DNA of 63,615 bases, filler included, from Phoronis australis (Eukaryota > Animalia > Phoronida), in the NCBI GenBank assembly GCA_002633005.1. It is 6 parts of 6 records of this genome, joined end to end, with 100 filler letters (N's around TTAATTAATTAA, not from the genome) between each part and the next. Parts side by side here need not be neighbours in the genome. Positions count along the whole stretch, not along the records: positions 49,721 to 58,141 come from NMRA01000231.1; positions 58,242 to 63,615 come from NMRA01002352.1; 4 more parts are not named here. One strand, 5' to 3'. The position numbers were made by a program, and so were the translations under genes. The notes below the pieces were generated by a model. The model ran no database searches. It was not told where the DNA came from and worked only from the letters and a program-made list of their open reading frames with translations. Shown piece after piece: positions 52,698 to 63,615 of this stretch; the first letter of the stretch is position 1, and the number at the start of each line of letters is the position of its first letter.

Positions 52698-52965
52698 CTA
52701 AGTAAGAAAAAGTCTCCTTCCGTTCGCACACGTACTATCTAAAATCCGGAAGACAGATGTTTTCCGCAATTCCGCAACGCGAGCGGCCACGATATCGAAC
52801 ATATGGGGATGCCGGACATGTGGGGTTGATCCCGGAAATGCGGCGCGTCTGTTTCAATCAACAGCCTGTCCGACGGGATATGCGCGATGGCTTCCGCATG
52901 CTCCGGTGATGTTTTCATGAAAATACTATCGAAAAGCAGGTGTTTGGAAATCTTTCGACCCACTC
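52698..52965 (-). pseudogene. tatD: TatD-family DNase C-terminal relic (TATDN2-like), two frameshifts, no introns in this segment
   Basis: EWVERFPNTCFSI / KTSPEHAEAIAHIPSDRLLIETDAPHF / MFDIVAARVAELRKTSVFRILDSTCANGRRLFLT*; diagnostic IP.DRLL.ETDAP and T..N.RRLF motifs. Confidence 0.85.
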
Positions 52966-53329
52966 ACACACTTCATGTTATTATACAAGTTAAGAAATGT
53001 ACACGTATCCAGCTTATCTCCTTGAGATTAAACAGCAGGTACATGTAATAACAGACATCAGCTGCCTTCCCAGGCATAATTCCATAACATGCACTTGTCA
53101 CATTTGCTGTGGAGTCTCCGTGAAAGAATTACTTTTAGATCAAATGTGTCAATAATATTTTGAATTTCAAAATCTCATATGGTGCAGTGCAATCCACGTT
53201 ACAAAAGTCTTGTATTCAAGCACATCCCACAATATCTGCATAATTAGAGCATTATCAAAATACCTCTTGACATTATTATAATCCATTGTAAGAGTCTGTT
53301 CATGCCACTGGCCAAGTCCACGGATAAAT

Positions 53330-54750
53330 TTAAAGCCACAATATCATGCTCACACTTTTTGGAACCTAATGAAACAACCATCTTTTTGTCAATTTCCGTT
53401 ACTTCCATCGCGGAACCTGCCTCTGCAGTCTGCACCTTAAAACTCGGCTTCTTAACACAACCCCTGAGACCTAACCTATCTACTACCGAATGAGAAATTG
53501 ACGTATATTGAGCCCCGGAGTCAATGACGGCCTCCAGTTTAGTGTCCTCTAGCAAAAGTGTTATGACATACCGGTCGCATCCCTGTTTCCACATTTGCTG
53601 TGACACTTCTGTCTCGCGTCCCAACCCCAAGGAACTTTTTGGTTCCTTCACCGGATTAAACTCCTCAACACGCTCAATACCTTCCCGTCCCTTCATTCCT
53701 TTTTTTAGGCAAGTCACTACCTTGCTGCGTATGCGCTTCAAAACATGACGCACCATGTTCCAATACATCCACTTTCAGTCGGCCAACTGAAACATTACGC
53801 TCAGCCGAATCACCGCATTGCGGGCTCTGTGGCCCCTATCCTGACTTCTGACAGGTTCGCTTTTTCAGTACCAGATGTCGCAGGCCGACCTCCTTTATTT
53901 ACTGGGGAGGAGTCGTGGCCCCTGTCTCTTCCCCGTTCACGTTTAACGACTTCTGCGTCCCCGACTGCAAACTATTTGAGTGTCCAACATTCGGGCAATT
54001 TCTCTTAAAATGACCCACTTGGTTGCATCCGTAACATCGCCTATTGTTTTGACTCCACTGAGTAGGCCTACCGGTACTATTTTTATTATTATAACGCCCC
54101 TCACTGCTTGTGCGTTCTAACAAGCTTTTCAAAATTTCATTTTGACCCATGACACATTTAAGCGTCGCATCTAATTTTTTCCACGAGAGTATTATTTATT
54201 TCTTCCGATGTGTTTTGTGGCCCCAGCGTAATTTGCACCCCCGTCCCCGTGACTGCGCGAATTCACAACGTGTCTCCCCATGAGGGTTGAAAATTCATCT
54301 GATCTCGGATACTCAAGCGGTTTGTCATTATAGCCAAAGCTCTTTCAACTGATAGAGGTCTTTGTAACAACACTTTATTCCCCGATCCCGCGCTTGTGTA
54401 CAGAATCGGTTTACCGCCTCCCTCTGAACTAGTTCCAGACCATACATGTATGAACCATACGCTCTTTGTGCTAACCTTTTGCCGTTATGGCCCATTCACA
54501 TGGGGATTCATCAGCCCTCTGGCGTTCTGACTCCGCTTAGCCAAATCAAAATCATTCTGCACGGAATAGAAATCATCTAATGTAAAGAACACGCTTGACA
54601 GTGAAATCGTTGCATCTGTTTCAAAAACCCCCAAAATCGATTCCAAAAGAGGGCCCGATACACAGGAAAATAAAGCCTCCTTTGTGGCCGCTTCAGTAAG
54701 ACCTACCGATTCGATCCATTGAGAAATTAATAATTTGAAACGTCGGTAAT
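53330..54750 (-). pseudogene. gag: Ty3/Gypsy gag-protease relic, homologous to the gag at 7186-8537
   Basis: YRRFKLLISQWIE...LDDFY...RQRADESPCEWA...VQREAVNRFC...RPLSVERA; knuckle CYGCNQVGHFKRNC (53995-54036); retropepsin LEAVIDSGAQYTSIS (DSGA at 53511-53522). Confidence 0.88.
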
Positions 54751-55770
54751 GGGGCTATTCGGAGAATTCTCCTCGCGGTGTCGCTGCTGTACTAGTGGTG
54801 ATTGAATTGCGCATGCGTGGCTGTCTGCATGTAAACAACTGGTAAAAGATGGAATTTTTATCAAAATACGTCGTCGCGCTAAGCCTTATTACTGCTAATT
54901 TCCCTGGTGCAAGTCTTCGACAGGTGGCCACAAATTCCCAAAAGACCTAAGGTTACTATATTCGTGGACAATTGCGGTCAACAGGGTCAACTAACTGACA
55001 AAAAGTGTGTGGATGCTGAAGCCCCGTGTGTGCTCTATGACTATGCAGTTCCATTCGGAGACTACACAACATTACTTGGTAAGTTTTTAGCAATCAGTTT
55101 CTATCAACATCGTTCGGTGATGTTATCCCCACCAGTTACCCCACTGAATAACAGTTTTATTGAGTGGAACTAAGTGTTTCTTTTTGGAAACTCACCCGAT
55201 GCCGGGTAGGCTAGCAGCACATATTCATTTTGTCGTGGGTGGGAGTGTTCCCAAAATAAGAGATGTATGGTACGTGATGCACAGAAGTCAAGAGTGTCTT
55301 TTTCACAGCAGTTTCTCTTCAAAACTATGCTGTTTCCAATGATATTCTGTAGATGAGTGAGTTTCCGTATTTTATCGTGGACCCCACCCCCAGGACCACC
55401 AGCTCAGTTATCGAATAAACATGAATAAGCCTTAATTCAGTAAATGTCGTAACATTGCATTGGAAAAAACTTGACTCCTAGAATGAATTTTAATTGTTGA
55501 GATCAGAAGCACATTTTAAGTGTCATGAAAAATACACATTGTTAAATCACTTTTAGCCTGTTTCACATATTTTAATTCAGATGTTAAATAAGACTTGGGT
55601 ACAAAGGTTATTAGTTTCTACACATAAACATGAAGATTAAATGTGAAGTATGTTCTGCCTTACAAAAGTAGTTTTGTCTTGTCTTTTCTTTTACAATATG
55701 CCAATATTTCTATTCTGTTACAGGCAAGAAAAAAACAACTGAAACCAACCGCCTGACCATCTATTTCACC
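54751..55770 (+). mobile_element. 5' part of a THAP-domain DNA transposon (ISL2EU/Harbinger-related, tentative) truncating the gag relic
   Basis: YYC*FPWCKSSTGGHKFPKD...WTIAVNR...W...VCS from 54887; donor gtaagt at 55079; acceptor at 55723 then LKPTA*PSI (AVPTIF box); begins AT/GGGGCTATT where gag homology stops. Confidence 0.65.
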
Positions 55771-58141
55771 GCTGGACAAAGTGAAAAGCAATCCTTCAGC
55801 AATAACCTGAGAGAATTGAACATAATTCAGAAATTCAGCACCTGATATGCCTGATTATGGACTCCCTCACAATATTGTTTCTTTCTGTGCTTTTTCAGTT
55901 TGCCATTTGTTTTTAAATACACTAATAATTGTTTATTCTCGAATCTTGTGCATAGCAGATTCTTATCCAGCTAGCTACAATTGAAAACATACAATAAAAC
56001 AGTCGATGCAGTCACTGAATGTCATTTCCCCATAATCTGTACCAAATTGAAAAGTTTTTACCAATAGTATAAAGCCTTTNCATGTATTTAAAGGGTTCGC
56101 GAAATCGAGGCTGTTAATCTATCACCACTAGTACACGCACGCCCTCTAGTTATTGTACATGATAGCCAAATTGGTTGACCCGTCAAAGCGAATGCGCGGC
56201 GACTGGGCACTTTTACCTGACCACAATATCTGCCAACGCTATTCACGCTCGGTTGTATTTCAGTTTCAAAAATTCCCAACGGGGGATGCGGTTCTACACC
56301 GGCCATAGCATTACGCGGTGCGTCGCTATCGTTGCACCTTCCCCACAACAAGCATTTTCCCGACCATTTCCGACACCGTGCGCTACCCCGGGAGTAGCCC
56401 GCTGGTCATTCCAAGCTTGCATCGGTGCAGCCACCGGAGTACAGTCAAGTGACCTAATTATCGGACGTTTTGGCACATTTTGCATTATATTTAATTGAAA
56501 ATCACTACGGACTGTTGTAAATTCTTTGCTGAAATAAAGGCTTACCTTCACTGAATTGTTCTGTTACTATATCTTGTTACTGAAAGCCACATTTATGTTC
56601 CCACTGATCTGTAAAAAACACAACTAGCAAACCTTCGGAGAACCTGAATGTCGGACACCATGTTTCCCCCATACGCCACACCGCGGAAAACTGACTAACC
56701 ACGTACATGTAATGGCCGCGGGCACCTTGTAGCCATTGTTTTGACATATATACTGCTAGAACACAGGTCCATTTGCAACAAAATTATCCACAAAATGAAA
56801 TCTGATGACGGCGCCAAGTCGATTCGATGAATTAGTGAAGACGACTAAAGCACGTGCAAACTCATTGCAGTTTTTAGTATCTCTTTGGCTTCTTGATATG
56901 ACAACCGCACGTGCGCGGTCGGGGTTTGACTTGAGTTTAAAAACAAATGAAAAAATGGAACAGTGACATATTGTCAGTTCAATGAGATGGTTTCATTGTG
57001 GAAAAAGATTTTACTTTCAACTTTTATAACCGATTTATGCGATCGTGCATTTTAGGCCGACTTGGGGGTCTAAATTGCACCCTCTCTCGGTGAAATCAAA
57101 ACGAGGCAACGTTGTAAAAAACGAGACGGTGCCGGACATTGAATGCATTACAACGGAACAAAAATTGGTGTCATTTAATTCTCAGATTATGCTTCAAGTA
57201 ATATTTTTTGAAATGTCCGATATTTAGGTTCCGTCCGATAATTAGGTACACTATGTTAGGGACGTGACAAAAAAATTCAAATTCTTATTTAATATTTAAA
57301 AATGCATTGATTTTAAAAAAAACATCAAAAACAGATTCAAACAAAAAAATAACAAAATCCGTTGAGCCGTTGACTTTTTATGAACGTTTGAAGAGCGATA
57401 ATTAGCCCTTTATTTTAGTCCACTGAATACATTGGAATGAAGGCGTATTTATGTGACCCAAAATTAGTTTTTTCACTATAACTTCCTCAATACTTTTAAA
57501 GTCCTTCTCTCACGCGTTGTTAACCCTTATTACATGGTTAAAGATGCAACTGTTGGTATTCATGATGACTTGCCTATTAAGCACTTTTAGTGACTCAGAT
57601 TTGTTACTACACGGAGTGAAGGACAACGACTTAAGATCCGATCGCCTTTATAATAATTATTTGATAAGTTCGCTCAAACTCTACACGCACACCTCCCTAT
57701 CTATTGTAGTGTCGCGATTTAAAGAAAAAGAAAATATCAAAATTGAAAATAAAAATTGTGAGATTTGCCTATTGCACTACATAGTCCGTGGTACAAGAGT
57801 AGACATTTTTTTTTTAATTTACACCACGTCTCTTTTTCTTCTCGCCAGTGATCTTTGTTAAATTTTTACAAGGCAGAAACATTACTGGAGATGAAACTAA
57901 TAAGTAAACTGTGACGGGGATGCCATTTACGCAAAACACTTTCAAAATCATCTATCTGGAAAACAAACTACTGCACTTTGTCCAAAGTACAATAGATGCC
58001 ATGTGCCAAAGAAGTGAGTTATAATAATTATTTTATTAACCACTACATATTGTACATGTATGCCTCTCACACACAACTCAGCCACACGCCGTTATAACTA
58101 CTACTGACTCAGTCTGTTAACTGAAAGTTCAATTATGAAAT

Positions 58142-58241
58142 NNNNNNNNNNNNNNNNNNNNNNNNNNNNNNNNNNNNNNNNNNNNTTAATTAATTAANNN
58201 NNNNNNNNNNNNNNNNNNNNNNNNNNNNNNNNNNNNNNNNN
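58142..58241. other. Artificial assembly spacer
   Basis: N44-TTAATTAATTAA-N44. Confidence 0.98.
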
Positions 58242-58652
58242 TATAGTGGAATGTGTATGTTTTGAGTTCTTCAATAGATTTTCATGGAATGTGGCAGATA
58301 GTTTTCTATATGGCAGACAGATTCCACGTTTTCTGCACCATCTAGTAGCTATTTTGATAATACTAATTGACGCCCCTAGAAGCTTACCGTTTGCGTGAAG
58401 TCGTGGGCTCATTTCAGCGCTTTGCATTGCTCTTATTATATGTACCTATGCGTGGTGTTGAAAATTGTACTCACATTGCCGACCCCGCAGTGTCTATGAG
58501 ACACTTGCTCAAGCATAGTGTATGGTTACACCACGCTGCCAAAGTAGAGGCATGAGCCATCGCCTCTTGTGAAGACAGGAGAATGATGAACCATTAATAC
58601 TCAGTCTTGGAGAACAAATTGTATTTACTGTTGGAAACTAAAAAAAGTCACG

Positions 58653-58773
58653 AAAGTGGAAAGACGATATTCTTCCCAGTTAATAAACACAGTCGCTTGC
58701 CATGAACCGTAAAAAGTGGAAAGACAATATTCTTCCCAGTTAATAAACACAGTGGTTTGTCATAAACTGTAAA
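58653..58773. repeat. 60-bp tandem duplication (two diverged copies)
   Basis: AAAGTGGAAAGAC.ATATTCTTCCCAGTTAATAAACACAGT repeated at period 60. Confidence 0.9.
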
Positions 58774-59989
58774 GCAATCGGTTCTTCTGTTACATACGGA
58801 TTAATGATAAAAATTATGTTAAACTTTTTATTTCAAATAACAGATCATTTAATTTGACAAATGTTGATTTTGCATCAAGTTTTTGTTGTGGTGTTTAATA
58901 ATGTCATTCAACCTCACCCACCAATGGCCATCAAGTGAAACGGTGGGGGTGGTCGTAATTTTGAAATTGGCCCGCTTTTGTAAGGCAAACTTCTGCATTT
59001 TTAGGCTTTGGTGTTTGAGCTAAATACATGTAGCTAGAACCGACGTCCGTTGCTCACTGTTTTCTCTTATTTCTTAGAAAACACAATGAGTATCAATAAA
59101 ACATAAATACTAAAATTAAGAGTATAACTTTTTGTGTAGAAGCATAAACCGCCCCAACTCTGAATCCAGAAAGAAATGTTTATTTACGTAAACAAAAGAA
59201 TATGAGTGAACCGGGAAGTATAATTAAAGCCGTTAAAACGAAACTGACGTCGCACAACGAAATTTTCAACAGGTTTTTATTCATTAATTTAATAAGAGGT
59301 GGTTTTCCAATAAGCCACGGAAGTCTCTCTGTGTAGGGAGCTGTGTCGGAAAAATTAATTGGGTGACTACCAGCTTTGTCAGATGTGTAGTCGACTAAGA
59401 CCAAAAATACTGTGAACTAGCTATCACTTTTGTTAGGCGAGCTTTATAATGACACTGATTCCTTGAACACCGCAACAGTTTTGTACAAAAACAATTTTCT
59501 CAGAATAATTTCCTATCAAAATTCACCAGCAATGGAGTAAATGATTTTTTACAGACACTAACTGCGCATCAAAGCACCAAAATGTACTAGTCAAATGGAG
59601 GCATAATCAAACTTCAAAAGCGCATTGAAATAAACTAAACACCTTTATCAGTTAGCAGTCGGAACTAATTACCACCAAACACTCAAATAATGGTTCATGC
59701 TTCGCCCTGTCTACACTAGACGAATGTAACGTTTCAATGAACACCTGACAAGAACTGCGCATGTGACGAATATGTAGCTATTAAACTGTCACCCTGCTTA
59801 TGATACATGATACATTGCAGAAACACGTTATTCAGTACTACCGCAAATGTCAGCCAATACGTATTTTGCCATTTCTGCAGTGCTACGGCGTAACGTCAAA
59901 ATGCTTGGTATTTTCGATAATTAATACCGATTGACATATGTTCATGGAATTTTGCACACTGTGTTCCTTTCATGGATGGGACGGCATGA

Positions 59990-60623
59990 GCAAACTTTCG
60001 GACGGATCCGACTACCGATGTGTCCCCTAGTGGCAATTTTAGTTTTTTGCGTTTACCTTTGTATCTTCAAAGGTCCTTAACATATTTCACAAAATTTGGT
60101 ATATAGGCATCTACACTGTATTAGTGAGACGACGGTATCTTCTCGCTTTTGGATGGAGTCGACGTAGTTTGCGCCACCTAGTGGCCATTTTTACTATATT
60201 CGAGTCTGTTTTTTAGCGTCCACCCCGCTATCAACCAAGTCGCTCTAAGCACGATTGCGAAAATTGGCATGTATATTTTTACTATGAAGTGGACTGGTGA
60301 CGATGATTTTCCGACGACTTCGACTACTGTGGCGCCTCCTAGTGGCAGTTGTTTTGCGCCTGTGGCTAGTCCTAAACCGTTTGCAGGATTTTTACTAAAG
60401 TGAGTAAGTGCATTTGTATGATGATGACAACGGACGACGACGACTTTCGGACAGATCTGACTACTGGTGTGCCACCTAGTGGCAGTTTTATTTTTTACGT
60501 TTATCTCTGTATCTTCAAAGGTCCTCAAGGTATTTTCATAAAATTTGGTGTACAGGCTTTTGTTAGTGAAGTGACGCAATCTTTCCGTTTTCAGATGGAA
60601 ATACTATTCTTGTGATAGTATTG
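59990..60623. repeat. About 150-bp diverged tandem array with CCTAGTGG core, possibly Helentron-associated
   Basis: Cores near 60026, 60177, 60338 and 60475; units 1 and 4 most alike; small terminal hairpin AATACTA..TAGTATT. Confidence 0.6.
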
Positions 60624-60779
60624 AAAAAATATTTATTTATAACTAACCATTGAAAGTAGCCTTTTTCTGTAATTCACAAATAGTGATCTTCACGTTCTTC
60701 AAAATTCCAACTTTTTGATGGTGGTCAATCTTGTTGTATTTTTCACAGTTTTGATTGTTTGAGTCGAATGTTTTGATAC

Positions 60780-60935
60780 TAGTGGCGGATTTAGAGGGAG
60801 GCCAAGGGGGCCATGCCCCTCCCTAAAATTCTCCCAGATTACATTTGGCAGTACGGGGGTGCGAATGTCTGACGGGAAAAATCCTGGCAAATACTCTGCC
60901 CTGTCCCCCCTAACTCAAAATCCTGGATCGCCCTG
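60780..60935. mobile_element. Short MITE of the AGTGGCGGAT-terminus type
   Basis: TAGTGGCGGATTTAG...AAAATCCTGGATCGCCCTG; G/C-run internal structure like 17387-17652. Confidence 0.55.
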
Positions 60936-62853
60936 GATATTGCTCTGCTGTGCACGGTTGATTTGTGTTTTTGATGAATTAGCTTGGAAAAGAGTGACAT
61001 TTCATTCCATTGTCGGGTGACCTTGCTAGATGTGACTTTCCTCAGCATGACAGCCGGTTGTGCGATTTCACAAAAAAACATCAAAATACAGATAATCGAT
61101 TCCAACATTGGGCCCTCTCTTCGTGAGCTGCCCTTAAGAATTTGCTAATAAAAACACTAAAAGGGTGGCCACTTGAATGTCATCAATGGTCCTCTTCAAG
61201 AGCTGGGCCCCTAAATATGAAAAGATCTATATGTTCAAGTAAGAGAAAATGCGCAGCATTTGATGTTATCTGCCAGGCCATCAATTTAGGGAAAGAAAAA
61301 TACGAAAAATAGAGCGAGAGTTGTCTTTGTTATTATTTGCTAGAGCAGGGCCTCTGGAAAATATAATTTTGCATTTCTGCATTTGCAAAACTGTCTCAGT
61401 GAATTTTAAATTCTAGTGAATTAATATGCTCCGCAAAAGTTTCGCTTTACGAACTTTCTCGATTTTTCGAAATACGTGTATGAATAACAAAGTGCACGTT
61501 TTCAAGTGCGTTTAGACGACCTACATATATGTAACAAACACGGAGACCCTATCACCAATGTCCTGGCCAGGGTCCGCAAAGGGTAAACCATGCACCGATA
61601 CTGACTTGTCAAATGTTATCTTGAATTTTCTCTCTTACTCGTATTCGTAGTCTTTCTTTTCTCGACTGTTCCCGGCCGCAAGCCTATGTCGGTTGCCGTG
61701 GTTTAACCCTGACGCCTGNAATGTTATCTTGAATTTTCTCTCTTACTCGTATTCGTAGTCTTTCTTTTCTCGACTGTTCCCGGCCGCAAGCCTATGTCGG
61801 TTGCCGTGGTTTAACCCTGACGCCTGCAACTATTGGCGGTCAAACCCCCGCCCGACCCCCCGCTTCCTACGGTTGTGTACCATGATCAGGTTCCTTGCTC
61901 AGCTAGAAAAAGATTTCTGGACTTGAAAAAATGGCCGCTCGTAAATGCTTCAGCCCAGTCCCTTGACTCCAGTATGCGACGACTTAGCTTGAGCCGCTGA
62001 GGCATTTTGGCCGTCAAAGTATTCCACGAAGACATTTCATATACCACTCAAGTCAACCATCCAAAAGATACCGTTGGCGTAGCTTTGAAAGTGAAAGCTC
62101 GCCTGTCAATTCAATTTTATTTTATCATAATTTACATCTGCTTCAATAAGTATAAAAACTTTCGCTGACATTTTGTGCAAGCAAATCAAAGTGCAGAGGA
62201 AATAAACCAATGGCAGATTCGGCTGCAATACTTGTAAAGCCTGCATGTCATCGGCTATGTGCGTATCACTGCTTTGGCATTGTTACGGTTCACTACTCAA
62301 AAAGGTTAGACTAGTTTATCTCAACCAATAAAAGAATTTGACAATAATGACGTTGATTGTGGGTTTATCGGGAGGTAGATACCAACTCCGCAGTGTTTTA
62401 TTCACACCTCTGAATACAGCAACATTTGTTGTTTATTTTGTGTTCTCACAGTGATTGACTATCCTAGAGAAAGCAAATTACACAATTACCACACATAAAA
62501 ATTTACCAAGAAATCGATCTTACGACAAACAATTTCTAATGCAAGTTGTCCAAAGTTGTTTACTACCCCTGTTCACTCATACGGGTTTCCTCATTGTAGG
62601 CGTAGCTGGCCTGCAGGTAAACCGCAGGTCAACGAACAGGTTACAACATTATAATGCTCTGTGCGTTTATAGAGTACGCGAGGGGCCGAAAGTAGAGTGA
62701 ATTGCATGTTAGCTAAAGCAAGTCAAATATTTACCAAAAGATTTGTCAAGCTGTGTGCCGTGGTTATTCTTTGCCTCAAGTTTAGACAGGCACGTGAATA
62801 GAGTTAGAAAAGCTTATCTTTTGAGCGTGGCTATTCGTAGACTGTGTTATAAA

Positions 62854-63058
62854 ATGTCGCAAAAGGACGATGAAGGCGTATCAAAAGAAATCGAAGTCGA
62901 GTTCGAAACTTTGGAGAAAGCAGAAAGTGACGAAATTAACCGAAAGGGGAGGGAGTCGTGGACGCGTCCAATAGATTTTGTACTTGCCTGCATTGGATTC
63001 TCAGTGGGCTTAGGAAATGTCTGGCGATTTCCTTACTTGTGTTACAAGAACGGGGGAG
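62854..63058 (+). CDS. SLC6 sodium/chloride-dependent transporter (GABA/taurine/creatine-like), first coding exon
   Basis: MSQKDD...[36 protein letters not shown](G), the SNF family signature; donor gtaagt at the conserved phase-1 position. Gene continues beyond the window. Confidence 0.95.
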
Positions 63059-63471
63059 GTAAGTGCTTCGATACATTCCCGATCATGACGCCATGCGTTT
63101 TTTCTTCGTGTTCACGTGCACGTTGGTGCCCAAGAGATTGACACATATAGCTAATTACTAAGAGATGGCCAATGCACAGTGGCAGTGTCTCGCCTTGTCG
63201 AGACGAGTGGTTTAAATGAAATTTACGGTTGGGCGTTATATTGCACTAGCTTACAGTGGTCGGCAATAGCGGTGCACAGCTAACTGGCTGCCGAAAACAA
63301 TTCACACAAGTCCTGCTTAGACATTAGCTTTTGACACTGCGCAACTGACACGGCGCAAGATGACCGCTTGCACAGAAAACTCATAAACAGTGGCAAGGCG
63401 GAAGTTGTAGGCAGGACTGAATGCGGAATGCTCATGACCAAAGATGCAAATTACAAGAATCACTGTTCATT

Positions 63472-63472
<1 letters not shown>

Positions 63473-63524
<52 letters not shown>
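63473..63524. repeat. (TTG)n microsatellite in the SLC6 intron
   Basis: About 17 units read directly. Confidence 0.95.
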
Positions 63525-63525
<1 letters not shown>

Positions 63526-63615
63526 ATTTTGGTGCTTCTTATTCCCCAAATGTAAGTACGCTGAGTTTTGCTTCAATAATTTCAATAATTAGTAGGCTTA
63601 ATGAACATGACTAAG

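Noticed and set aside
61612-61826. Perfect 107-bp tandem duplication
   Set aside because: The copies are separated by a single N, typical of an unmerged contig overlap.
63368-63592. Poly-Leu membrane-protein-like ORF
   Set aside because: Translation of the (TTG)n microsatellite; ORF 27588-27809 likewise comes from (TA)n.

Overview
AT-rich, intron-rich animal genomic DNA, probably a marine invertebrate (inferred from the transposon spectrum). It is not prokaryotic, and most six-frame ORFs are spurious. Six contigs are joined by five artificial 100-bp spacers (N44-TTAATTAATTAA-N44). Host genes: (1) a spliced + strand gene for a two-MAM-domain protein, with seven phase-compatible exons from 24524 to the stop at 46056 and no identified 5' exon; (2) the first coding exon of an SLC6 sodium:neurotransmitter symporter (62854-63058). 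The rest is mostly decayed mobile DNA. This includes a complete gag-only LTR element (5934-11956, tRNA-Leu PBS) whose 3' LTR holds a Ginger-like fragment, which in turn holds a foldback element with a 9-bp TSD. There are two more Ty3/Gypsy gag relics, and Penelope, RTE-X-like, hAT, Academ-like, IS3EU-like and THAP/ISL2EU-like fragments, plus MITEs and satellites. Best lead: a TatD nuclease C-terminal relic lying co-oriented just downstream of a Gypsy gag-protease relic, suggesting a retrotransposon lineage that carries a TatD DNase. Also notable: three diverged copies of an unidentified coding-like sequence, and about 20 TACATGTA motifs that look like transposon excision footprints. All family calls come from manual translation and motif recognition; no database searches were run.
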